A stretch of DNA of 61,036 nt, filler included. It is 8 parts of 8 records of this genome, joined end to end, with 100 filler letters (N's around TTAATTAATTAA, not from the genome) between each part and the next. Parts side by side here need not be neighbours in the genome. Positions count along the whole stretch, not along the records: positions 1 to 7,951 come from SRR15195285_1785; positions 8,052 to 18,623 come from SRR15195285_1786; 6 more parts are not named here. One strand, given 5' to 3'. The translations under genes were made by a program, and so were the position numbers. Of this stretch, positions 1 to 11,600 are shown piece after piece. The notes below the pieces were generated by a model, which did not search any database, was not told where the DNA came from, and saw only the letters and a program-made list of their open reading frames with translations. Every line of letters starts with the position of its first letter. Positions within the stretch are counted from its first letter, which is position 1.

Positions 1-114
1 GGCCGGTTGCGTGCGAGCGCATGAGCGGGGCGGCCGACGAGGGGGGGTCGCCCTCGAGAGAAACCCTCGAAACCGCTCCCCTCACGGGTCATGCCTGACC
101 AAAACGTAGTGGGA

Positions 115-147
115 CCCTAAACCCTAAACCCCTAAACCCCTAAACCC
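115..147 (+). repeat. Short telomere-like repeat tract, (C)CCCTAAA x4 (TTTAGGG type)
   Basis: Sequence reads ccctaaa ccctaaa cccctaaa cccctaaa ccc at 115-147; interstitial, not at the window end. Confidence 0.75.
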
Positions 148-325
148 ACGAATACACACCAACGATAGTGCACATGTAGGTTACAACGTGAAGCATTCGT
201 AAATTGTACACGCACAATGATTGTGCGTGCGATTCCGACAGGGCATAGTGTACAAACGTACATCATTACACTAGTACCCCGTTGTATGCCCGATCATGAG
301 GAGCAATATGCCCTCTCGATCTTGG

Positions 326-364
326 CGTGTCACAGGGCATACGGGCCTTATGCCCTGTGACACG
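326..364. repeat. Perfect 16-bp inverted repeat (hairpin) with 7-nt loop
   Basis: CGTGTCACAGGGCATA (326-341) is the exact reverse complement of TATGCCCTGTGACACG (349-364). Confidence 0.9.
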
Positions 365-456
365 ACCATACTACACCCTAGCCTGGGACGACCAACAAGG
401 TGTTGTGCTTTGCAGTCATGGTTGAACATTTCTGTTGCACACACCGGAAGCAACCA

Positions 457-3400
457 CTAAGGCCTCGCGCTACCCACCACGTCGGCATCCGTGTGCCCGA
501 AAATTCTACCATCAACCCCAGTGAGATGGCGATGGCGCTGCGGCGCTTTCTTGGAGGGCAAGATTTGGCCACTAGCCGTCATGCGAATGACGCCAGCCTT
601 CATCATACCTGTCATGACACCGGTCAAGCCGTCGGCAGCAACACCGTTGCCATCTTCATCGAAGTTGTGCCTGACGACCCACACGCAGCGACACCAAGCC
701 ACCATCACACGAAGAAAGATTCTAACTCGCAATGACGTCAGCAGGAGCAGCAACTGCCGTACCACGTACAGCAGGGAGAGTAGATGCAGCAAGTGCAGCA
801 AGTACATGTACAGAAGCAGTGACGGCAGAGGGGGTGGCTAGAGCATGAGCGATAGTGGTGGCGTGCGACTCTTTCGTGCACGCTGCCTGGCAGTCACGAT
901 CGTGTAGGGCTGTTCCGCAAATTACTCACCAGATAGTCATTGTTTGCTGAAGCTCCTCATCTGCGATCCGGTTGGCTGAGTGTGTGACTTTGATCTGTCT
1001 CTGCCACCACGAGATGAAACGACGGTAGTTCAGAACACCCCCCGAGCTCAAATCTAACTCTCGGAAGACGAGCTCTACTGCAGCTTCGGCTGCAGCCTTA
1101 ACCTGCAATGATTATCAGCGACCACAGCTCACTCGATGAGAACTGCCACAGACAGATCAGTAGACGATATGTACGGGGACAAGAATGTAGCAATCCTAGT
1201 ACAAGAAATCGGGCCGTGAAAAATCGCGCTAGGCCTATGAGCTCCCCACCCCGTTCTTTCTCTGATGGTGCAAGCGGCCATACGTTACACAATGGCTGCG
1301 CATACCTGCGTGTGATCGGTTAGATTCACTGCCGTGTGCTGATGAATGGATTGCTGATGCACTTCCTCAACCGTCCATGCCTGCAGCCGCATCTGCCACT
1401 TGTGGGCGTCCGGATGCTCGGGGAATGCAGCGAGGGCAGCTTTCACCTTCTCGGCCATGGCTTCGTAATCCTCGGCGCCGTAGTGAGTATCCGCCTCAGC
1501 AAGGAGAGACTCAGCGTTGTGCCACCTTTCTCGTGCAGCGAGGCACTTTTCACGAAACGCAAGCAGTAAAATGTCGCCTGGTAGCACAGCGAGAGCACGG
1601 TCAAATGACGCCAATGCATGCGCGTAGTCGTGTGACGCAAACTGTGCTTCGGCCTGCGTGCGGAGCAGCTCTGCCTGCCTGACAGCGTCACGTTGCTTTT
1701 CTGCGCGCAGTAGTACCCGCTGTGCCGCTTGCATGCAAGACGCATCTAGGCGCAGCAGATGAAGGCCTTGTTTCGCGGCAGCGATCTCCTCCTGGCGCCT
1801 CACAGCGCCATCCATTTGATGGTTCTGCCCGGCCTCTGATGCAGGTGTGGCTACTGAATCTGGTATACTGGCGAGGTCAAACTCAAAGCAATCCTGCTCA
1901 TCGTACTCCTTCAAGTCAGCAAAGCTTCGCTCCTCGACCTCCGCGCCACGGACCACACGCACGATGAACGGCGTCGGGCTACCAACAGTCCGATCTTGGT
2001 TGTTCTCCACCCAAATGCGATATCTGCCCGGTGGCGGTTCGGACCAGAACACTGCGCAAAATGTCCGATCAGCGTGTACGTGGTCCAACAGGTGCACCCC
2101 GATGGTTGGATAGTTGCACAGTGAACGTGCTGTGTACAACAAAGTGATGCATGTGTGAAAGTGTAACGAAGCGCGTTGATGTGCGGCTACTTACTATTCT
2201 CTACTGGGTGCTGCTCCAAATGCCGCTCCGAAGCGTTCATGTCGATGTCAAGGCAGCCTCCACACTTCGTGCCGCGCTTGTTGTTCCAGTAGATGTGCTC
2301 ACCGGACGGAGTCTTGCAGTGGAGATCGAGGTCGTCGATGGTGTCCCAGCTGAGTGAGCAGGTCAACTTCCCCACCTTTGCGCCGGCAGCCCGTAGCCTC
2401 TTGCCTAGTTCTCCTGCATGCGCAAGCTTGGCCGCTGCTCGTTCCGTTGCGGATTGGCCGTCCTGCACTGAGAGCAGGGAGCCTACTGGGACAGCAGTGC
2501 TCCACTGTGCCCGAGACAGAGCTTCTTTTGCAAACTCCACGCTCTCATCCCAGCCACTCGTCTGAAACCGAAACATAGTGATGTTTAAAGAGCATCCGAA
2601 CAGATGACGAAGATATTGGCCATGCATTATCGCGATGGTCTTGCACATGGTCCTTGCATGGATAGGTCGCACAAACAGAATGCATATCCAAGCATAACAC
2701 ACCTGCAGCTGCAATTCCGCCTGTCGAACATTCTCATTGAATGACCACGTCGCCTCTTTGCCCTCGCCAGCAGCCTGCTGAAGCAACCTTATTTCGGCAC
2801 GCTCGCGATCGTTCGCAATCACCATGGCGCTGCCGAAAGCAAGGACCGCCTTATCAAAGTCATTCGCGAGCAGAGCAGCTTCACCGCTTGCTCGCTGACT
2901 AGAAACCTGTTGATCGAAGCCAGCCAGCAGTTCAAAGGTGTTGAAAAATCTCAGTCAGCAGAAAGGCAGTGATACAGTTATTCAAAACTAGCACGGGCAT
3001 GTGGCACAAAAAGACATTTTGGGCAAAGCAACCGATCTGGCCCCACCTGCTGTGCCCGTTTCTTTTCATCCATGTCTGCTTTCGCCCGCTCGTCCTCGGC
3101 GTCAGCTTTAAACTTTTGTACTTCCGCCAGCCAGACACGAACGGCTCGATCGAGCGCCTTGTCCTTCGGCAGTTCCAGGGCCTTGAGTGCGGTAGTGTAG
3201 GCCACGACAGCTGCTGCGTAGTCGCCAATCGTTTCTTGCACAGAAGCTTCACGAACCAGCTGCATGCACTGCAGTCGTCTAGTGGCTGTGTCCAGCATCA
3301 GCTGCGCCTCCGCATCGCCATCAAAGAGCTGCACTGAGCGACGTAGGTGGGACGCCGCTTGTGAGTACGTGGATACATTGTCGTGATCAGCTGCCGAATC

Positions 3401-6400
3401 GTTGCTCTTCGTCTGGCACTGAATCTCCGCCCACTGCTCGCCGCTCACCAAGCACTGTATCCCTGCAGTCTTCAGCTTCAACGCGTGGGCTCTTGTAGTG
3501 GCTTCATCCTGCTCCGCTGTCAGTGTGGCGTTGAGTGGATCTAGTCGCAGCGCCTTCTGCATCGCAGCAGCAGCTGCCGTATAGTCTCCAGATGCCATCA
3601 AAGCCTCTCCCTGCTGCTGCAGCACTGCGGCTTCAGCTTTGGTCTCGGCTTCTTGCTCAGAAGCCTTCAGCGTAGAATCTTCCGGGTCTAGCAGCAAAGC
3701 TTGGCGGAAAAGATCCACGGCAGCGACAACGTCGCCCTCATTCAACTTGTCCTCGCCAACTCGTTTAAGCTGCTGCAACTGCGCGCGTCGTTGGGCTTCG
3801 ATCAACTTTGCTTTCAGCGTATCGCTGTTTGGATCGAGTTGCATTGCCTGGTCGTACGCCACCGCAGCGTCGGAATACTTCTGTGCAAGCATCAGCGAAT
3901 CGCCTTCGTGCTCGCGGTGAGACGCATCCAACAGGTCTTGCGATTGCTGAAGCAGTGTAGCCAGCTCAGCATCGCTTGAGTCAATCTTCAGAGCGAGCGT
4001 GAAATCCTCGACACTGTGTTCGTACTCGCCTTGCTTCAGCGCTCGGAGGGCTAGCGTCCTGAGTTTGCTCTTCTTTGCCATCTTCTCCGCATGCTGCTCT
4101 TCTTCTCGAAGCTGGTCGTTGTCTGGGTCGAGGTCCAGCGCCTCCAACAGTGCCTTTACAGCGTCCTCGTAATTGCCTGCCTCCAAACTCTCCTCACCCA
4201 TCAGTTGCAGGACGTTTGCCTGCCGCTTCTTCTTCAGCACGCTCAAGCTCGTCGCTGTCTTGTCATCTGGACTCAACGCCAAAGCGTTCTTCAGGAGAGC
4301 AATGGCACCTTCAAAATCTCCATTGATGGTGGCCGAGTTGGCTTTGGCCTTCAAGCTCGAGACCTCGTCCAGGCGCGCTGCACTCTCACGCTCTGCACGA
4401 ACCTCATCATTGCCCGGATGCATGCTGAGGCAAATATCGAAGGTTCCGACAGCCTGGTGGTAGTCGTAGCTCGAGGCCTGCAGCCGTGCGAGGTCAAGCA
4501 TCTCAGCGAAGCGTGCTTCGTCAATGGCAAGCTGCTTTGCTTGAAGCGCCATGTCGCGCAGGCCCGAGTCACGCCGGGCAATCCGCACAGCGTGCGCGAA
4601 TGTTGTCGCTGCTGCGGTATAGTCTTTCGCCTTCATCTCTGCCTGCCCTTGACGCTTCAGCTGCTCTTTCTGTGCGAGCGTGAGCTCGGCTTCGATCGCA
4701 TCCTGTATCTGCATCACCAGTGTCTCTTCGCCTGGTTCGAGCTCAAGCGCTTGCTTGAACAGGCGCAGCGCTTCGTGGGGATTGCCGGCATCCATAGCCG
4801 CTTCTCCTTTTTTCTGCAGCTCGCGCATCTCCCTGATCCTCGCTGAAGCAAGCTCGGCTGCCAGCTCGTCTTGCTGCAGTTGGATGTTTTCTGGAGCAAT
4901 CGACAATGCTTCCTGATACGTCACTGTGGCCTTCACGTACTCTTTGGACGCCATGTGAGCATCAGCCGCAGCCCACAGCTCTTTAAGCTGCACGGTGCGA
5001 GCCTGGGCCTCTCGAGTGAGCCGCAGTCGTTCCACAAATTCTTCGGATCGTGGAGCTGCTTGCACTACTAACAACCAGTACTTGATCGCTTCATCAAAGT
5101 CTTCGCTAGCCGATAGCTCCTGTGCCTTCACGATGTTGGCTTCTTGTACGGTCGCTTGCTTCTTTGCAGCCTCCACCTGCTGGAGATCCGCCTTGATGGC
5201 AAGCCGTTCAGCCTTTTCGTAGCAGTTTACTGCCTCCGTCAACTCACCTTCGGCCATCAGTTCCCCCGCACGCTGCAGCTCCACTCGCAATGCCTGCTTC
5301 CTCATACTTGAGGCAACGCCAAGATTGTCTGCAAGCTGCGGATCGCCGGCCAGCAGAGCTTGGCAGGCTGCAAGGAGCTGCTTTAGCTCCGCGCTCTCTG
5401 GGGCGATTGTCAACGCGTGGGTGTACGCTGCAACTGCGTCCTCGAGCTCATTATGCTGAAATTTCTCGTCACCGGACTCGCGTAAACCCTTGAGCTCTGA
5501 CGCCCGCTCAACGCACGCCTGCAGCAAAGAGGCTGGCGGACGGAAAAGCAATGGATCCAGGTCACGGCGGAACTCCTCCTCGAATTGTTGTGAAGAAGTT
5601 TCCTGCAAGCAACAACGCAACGCGGTGTACAAACCGAACGATTGAGATATGGCAAGCCACGCTGCCGTCCTATTGTCAGTGTCTACAGTGCAAGCAGGAA
5701 TGAAACCGTTGCGCAAACAGCAATGTATAGTTGCATACCACTACGAGCAGACCCGCCGCGACTTCGATGTTCCAGAGGAAATAGACGCAGGCATCACCAA
5801 CTTTCAACAGAGCATCAAACTGGCAACCGTCGGCCGACGGATGTTCAGAGTCGTCGAATTGGAATCTAAAGTCCACGTTTCCTTCGTCGTCGCTGACAGG
5901 ACACGGCACCATCTGAAACCGCGACCCGTTGAAGTGTGGGTTCAAATCCTGAACGGGCAAGTCTTGGCATGGATCAAGTTTGGTGATTCTGATGGTCTCC
6001 TTGCTGCAGCAGTACTTGCCACTGGCTACACGAAGCGGCTGGAGCACAAAGGGATTTTCTTGACTGCCGTCACCACGGAGGAAAGCCGGCGTGGATGCAG
6101 TGTATTCAGCTAGAGGTTCAGCTCCAGCTCCGCCGATCGATGGAAGTGCGGGCGCAGCCCCAGATGGTACCGTAGGCACGGCTGTCGAAGATTCGGTGGC
6201 CTGCTCACGCCTGTCCTTGGCTACTGCGTGCCCCCTACTCCAGCCAGCCAGGGTAATCATTCCGTACATCAAGCCATTTGTGCTATCGCCGTCCCTCTCT
6301 TCTTCTTCTTCTAGAACGTTCGAGGTCTTGATCGTCTTGAAGCAGATTGGAAACCCTAAAGAGGGTAGCCGAGCCATATTGAGCGACAAAGTGTCCAGCA

Positions 6401-7951
6401 GATGCAATGATGGACAGGTTATGGTGAACTCCACTTCTAGGTGGGTTCGTTGATCGTCCACGTTGTCGACTTCTATGAACGTCCAGTCCATGTTCGTAAT
6501 CCACGTCGAGTAGTGACGTGCCGATCGGGGGAGCTGGCTAATGGCTTCAGAGTAGGTGGCAAGAGCGCTCGGGCCATCGCCACTCAACAACAAACCGTCA
6601 GCTCGTCGCTTAGTCTCGATCCACGTCATGTCGTCGTCGTCACGAACCAAAATTGTGGCATCACCATCTTGAATGTCAACAAGCACATCGTTTGACACAG
6701 CTTCTCTGATCAGGTAATTCCTATCGTCCGCTGCTTTGTGCTGCTTGTCCTTGTCCCTGTGCCTCAAGTACCACCCACAGCAGATGATGCAGCAGACCAA
6801 CGCAGCGATGAATACAACCACAGCGAGCAGAATCATCTTCCACGTGTCATCGACTTCGCAATCCACTGGTGTTGGCTCTTCCATTGCCTCGTAGTCTAGC
6901 TCAAAGCCTGCGTCCGCGGTCGGAGCGCAGCGCAGCGGGTCACTATCGTCAACATCCAACGAAGCAATGCAACCGTCGCCATCACTATCTATTGGAAACG
7001 ACAATGTGCGTCCATCTGTGGTGCGGGTCACTGCAGCTGCATTGACATTGCCAGCGACATCAACTAGTGAATCAATTGAAAACACAACTGGGCGACCAGC
7101 GTATTTCACCAGCTCTGCTCTCCATGTTGCAGTATACATGCCTGTCTCGTCACGCACAACGGCGCCGTCTGCCAACCGGATGCCCATCACAGCAACCTGG
7201 GGGCTACCCAGCAAAGGTTCATTCGCGACGAACTGAATAATAACTGGGACCTCAAGGTCGGCTTGGAGTCCTCCTAGGTGGACGTCCACGAATGCCAGAC
7301 CTGGTGGAGTGGTGTCAATGATCACACTAGACTGGTCTGTAGTCTCAATGGCAGTGTCGACTCGTGTGCCGACGTCGTCGAGCAGGAAGGCGACAAAGGT
7401 GGCTTCACCTTCTAAATCGCCATCACTGACGGTTGCTGTCGCCAAAACCATGTTTGTTCCAAACACAGGCGTTGCTGTCGCTTCGCGACCAAGGACCACG
7501 ACGATTGGTGGAGTCCTGACTGGCACAGTCGTTGTGAGTTCCAGCACCAACGTTGTACCCATGCGAGCCCAAGAGACCCCATCAAATGCGGGGCCAATCG
7601 TTTCGTCATCGTCTTCTGCAAGACTAAGTTCTTGCATACGGCGACCAACCGCGCCTGAAAGGGACACTCCAGACGGCTTCCGTTTGACTGCACGAATCGA
7701 CACGGTTTGAAAGCTGGGGGCTTGCGAGTTGTCAATCACCACGAACGTCCCTGTTGCAACGCTTGATGGATAGCGATTGTAAGGAGTTCCTTCATTGCCC
7801 GCGACGTCCGAATACTCAACTGTGACGGACACTTCACCATCTGGCTCCTGCGAAACCGTCAGAGTTGCGGAGCAGACAATCGACGCAAATTCAGTGCACG
7901 CTACCGGAACTAAGGTACCAGCAATATCAACACGAACGGGGTCAGACAATG
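457..7951 (-). CDS. 5'-truncated multi-exon single-pass membrane protein: Ig-like repeats, TM helix, long TPR array, YfaP/DUF2135-like domain, further TPRs, C-terminal EF-hand-like motifs
   Basis: ORFs 5676-7949, 2978-5716, 2187-2825, 1285-2142, 926-1108 and 457-807 join in frame via GT-AG introns at about 5603-5738, 2907-3046, 2562-2702, 2052-2194, ~1103-1362 (uncertain) and 671-929. Motifs: Ig-like DVAGN...[34 protein letters not shown]; many TPR units (G..Y..A...Y..AL.LDP); YfaP-like [23 protein letters not shown]...LDIDMN...ENxFW..PPPGRY; EF-like [14 protein letters not shown] and NFDEDGNG. Confidence 0.8.
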
Positions 7952-8051
7952 NNNNNNNNNNNNNNNNNNNNNNNNNNNNNNNNNNNNNNNNNNNNTTAAT
8001 TAATTAANNNNNNNNNNNNNNNNNNNNNNNNNNNNNNNNNNNNNNNNNNNN
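7952..8051. other. Artificial contig spacer
   Basis: 44 N + TTAATTAATTAA (stops in all six frames) + 44 N. Confidence 0.98.
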
Positions 8052-8612
8052 CAATATAGGTCCCTAGTAGCCATACTTACGTGTTCTGACATACACTTCG
8101 TGTACTGTAAGAATACACACTAGAAAGATGGTTTTTGGCAACACCCTTAGCGCCGGTGGTAGAGGTCGTGACGACCCCCGGTGGGCGGCCTCAGTTGGCG
8201 GCCTCAGTCGGCATGCCTCCCTAAAAATTGCGTCTATTTTAAAATTCAACAGCTGCAGCAAACCTTTTGAACTATTCGGCCGCTCTGGATGGCATGGGAG
8301 CGCCGATGGCGCGCGCGAGGATGGTGGCTTCCCAGGGGCTGCAGCGCGTCTGGGCGGGCACAATGGGTGGGGCCAGGGTGTCCGGGCGTAGGAACACCTG
8401 CGAGGCTACGGGGGGAGCGAACAAGGCGGTGCCACGATCCAGTACAGTACGGTACGCACCCCCTAGAGAGTATGAAGGTGGGCACGGTAGCACAGAGCGA
8501 CGTCGCACAGTTGCACTAGTACTAGATCTAGTACCGGTTCCGGTACGGTAGCTAAATCAGTGTTTACTAAGCACAATTTGCATACCGGTACAATATGGTG
8601 CAAATGCATCTC

Positions 8613-11600
8613 TCAAAGGCGCCTCTCGAACAAACTATTGAGGCTAACTGAAGGCATCATGCTTCCACCCTCGACTTCTGCTTGCATGGCCTCGTATAGG
8701 AGCGTTCGCTTTGCCTGTATGTCTAGGCCATCCCATCCCGCTAGGTTGTCATTTTTGACTCGTTCCATTAGTTGCTTTGCTCCTTTGATTCTAGACTTCA
8801 GAGGAATCTTTTCGTCCTCCCTGTTGTCGTGGAACTCAGTTCTTACTCCATCGTCCCCGAGTGCTCGAGCCAACGTGGCCAGACTGGAGCCGGTGTCCTG
8901 TACACCCATTTTCGCTGCGTGCTTCATCTGGTCGTGATGGCTTGACATATCGAATTCGTCGACACCTCCGGTCATCTTGTCGAGTTGCTTCTTGCCTCTC
9001 GCTTGCATTTGCTCGGGAGTCATGCCACCCTCGCCGAGGGCAGCCTGTGCGTCCACAAGATTTAGATCATCAATGCCGCCGCCATGAATGTCGGTAGGCA
9101 AACCAATGTCAGGCACGCTAGGCAGCGAGCTCTTCCCAGGAATAGCGGCTTTGGTAACTGCCGCTGCGTTTGATTCAATCGCCGCGGCCTTGTCAATCTC
9201 GGCCATAATCTCGTCATGCGCAGCCAGGTCGAAGTGTTGTTCCATGGACACACCGGTTGCAAACTCCATGATCAACGCAGCCTCCTCCAGTTCTTTGATG
9301 GCTGACGCTCGCATCGCCCGAGTGGCCGCAGTAATATCCGCCTGGCGCTGCCCACGTACCTTCTTGGTCAGCGCCGCGTGCCTAGACTGTGTGGTGCTGC
9401 CACCAGCAGCGGTTGCCGCAAGTTCCTCTCTGCGCGACATGATAGTCATGTAGTACGCGTACTTGGCCAGGTTGGAGCCTCCGAGCAGCATCATCAAGCT
9501 GGTGAGGCAAGACATTGCGGACGCATAAAGCATCGGCTTGAGCTTGCCAACCATCTGCTCCTGGTTAATGTTGTGTGCCGTGGCGTACTCACTCAATGAG
9601 TAGTTGAGGGCGTAGTCGCCCGGGCTATATTCGCAAACGAAGTCGTAGTGGCACCCATTCCAATTGTTTGCTACAAATGCATCCGTAGAACGTGCCACTG
9701 TAAGCACGCCAACAAACATGAAGCCCAACCCACCGGCCAGAATCAATTGCGCCTGGTGTAGAGTATACATGATGTCTGGGAACTTCTGCTCAAAAAACGG
9801 CACTGACTGCAGCACGCCGAAAACCGATGTGCCTAAGCCAATCACTCCAAGCGGACCAAACATGTAGTTTCCTGCTGGGTATTGCATGCCCATAGTAAGC
9901 CCAACGCTAGATACTAGTAGACCGCTGCCAAGTATGAAAAAGTTCTCCATCTCAACCAGGTGTACGATAAGCCACGAACTCCCGCCAAGGTCATATGCGG
10001 TCGAAGTAATGCTCGCGATGAGAATTGACACCAGACCCATTGCAGAGTCTCCTAGTCCACTGACAGAACCAGAAACCCTGTCCATAGCTTGCTCTACAGT
10101 CATCCCTTCTGGCATAGAGAGTTGGAGCTCGTCCCAATTCGCCAGAACATCAATGCGGTACATCTCTGCAGTAAGCCATGAAACGCCGACAATCACCATC
10201 GATATGAAGCCGTTCACAGTAGACATGTAAAAGCTCAGCTGCTGCAAGTATTTGCCGACTGGGCCAAACTTGATAATGAATGACTCGCGACCAATCGGGA
10301 AAACATTTGGGAAAAACTTTTGAGCAAATGGTGGCACCTTGACTTCCAGCATCCGGTCCAGCAACTGTGGCTGCGTACAGATACCAGCAATCGTTCCGAC
10401 TGCAGCCATCGCTGGCGTCACAATAGCCATAACCAGGCTGGTCACGCCCACCCATGGCACCGCATCAAACACTCCTGCTTGAAAATTCACTACAAAGTCA
10501 GCCACAAAGCCAAAGCAGAGAGAAAATTGCATCAAGTTTGCGCCCAATGCTATGTAACCAGACATCTTGTCTCTGGCAGCCAGCACCTGTTCCATCAATT
10601 CGTTTGTGTCCAGACCTTCAGCCTTGTTGATGAACTCGTTCAAAGCAAAGATCAACGACATCCCTTTCTCTATCTTTGTCAGGAACCTTTCATAGGTTGT
10701 GATAGCTGGCAGGCTGAAGTCCATTGAGTCCATCTTGAACTGGTTCATCGTGCCGCCCCAAAGCGACGCGCCCACAACCCCCAGAGCCAGGAAGCCGCCG
10801 AAGTCAGTCGGAATTGGCATGCCACTAGCCGACAACGAGCTCATAGTGAAACCGTCCATCCCCGGAATTCCATACGAAACCATTGTTTGCACGGTACCCA
10901 AAGTTCCGAGACCAGCTGTGGCGAAGATGCTGATGATGTTGCGATACTGATTCGAAAGATATGCTGCACCAGCTCCAAACGCTCCACCTACTGTCAAATC
11001 GACCCAACCCATCAAAGCTGGAGTGTCCATCTCTGGAATCAACCAAAGTAATCTTGGACGCCAGATTGAGGACGAAAACTGTGATACTACTGCCCCAATA
11101 GTTGCGCCCTGCACACCATATGCAAACTTGATATTACCAGACGCAACCTTGAGGGCTGTACCCCCTGCGAACACTCCTGCGAAACAGCCCATGAACTTGG
11201 CTGGCGTGAAGCCACCTGGAGCAGCAAGTGCGGCGTTGATGCCCGTCCCTGCAGCTGAGATAAAAACGGTCGTCAAGGTAATCAGGGATGCAATCCGCTG
11301 CCCAAAAAAGTTGACGAACAGTGATGTCACCATTGGAATCAGACCAAGAATGTAGAATGACGGGTTTGTGTAACTTCCCTCGGTGTAGACTGGGACTTGG
11401 GTTGTCACAGTCGAATTGTCCCAAGACGAGTCGCCTACTAGTATGTCATCGATGTCATCCCAACTACCGCTTGTGGACCCTTCGACCGGGGTCATACTAC
11501 TGACGACTAAGCCACCAACATCAAGGTCACCGGTGTCCAGAATGCCTGTCGCAACCATCAACGGTAGTGATCCTGCAGTACAGACTGACATGAACAGTCG

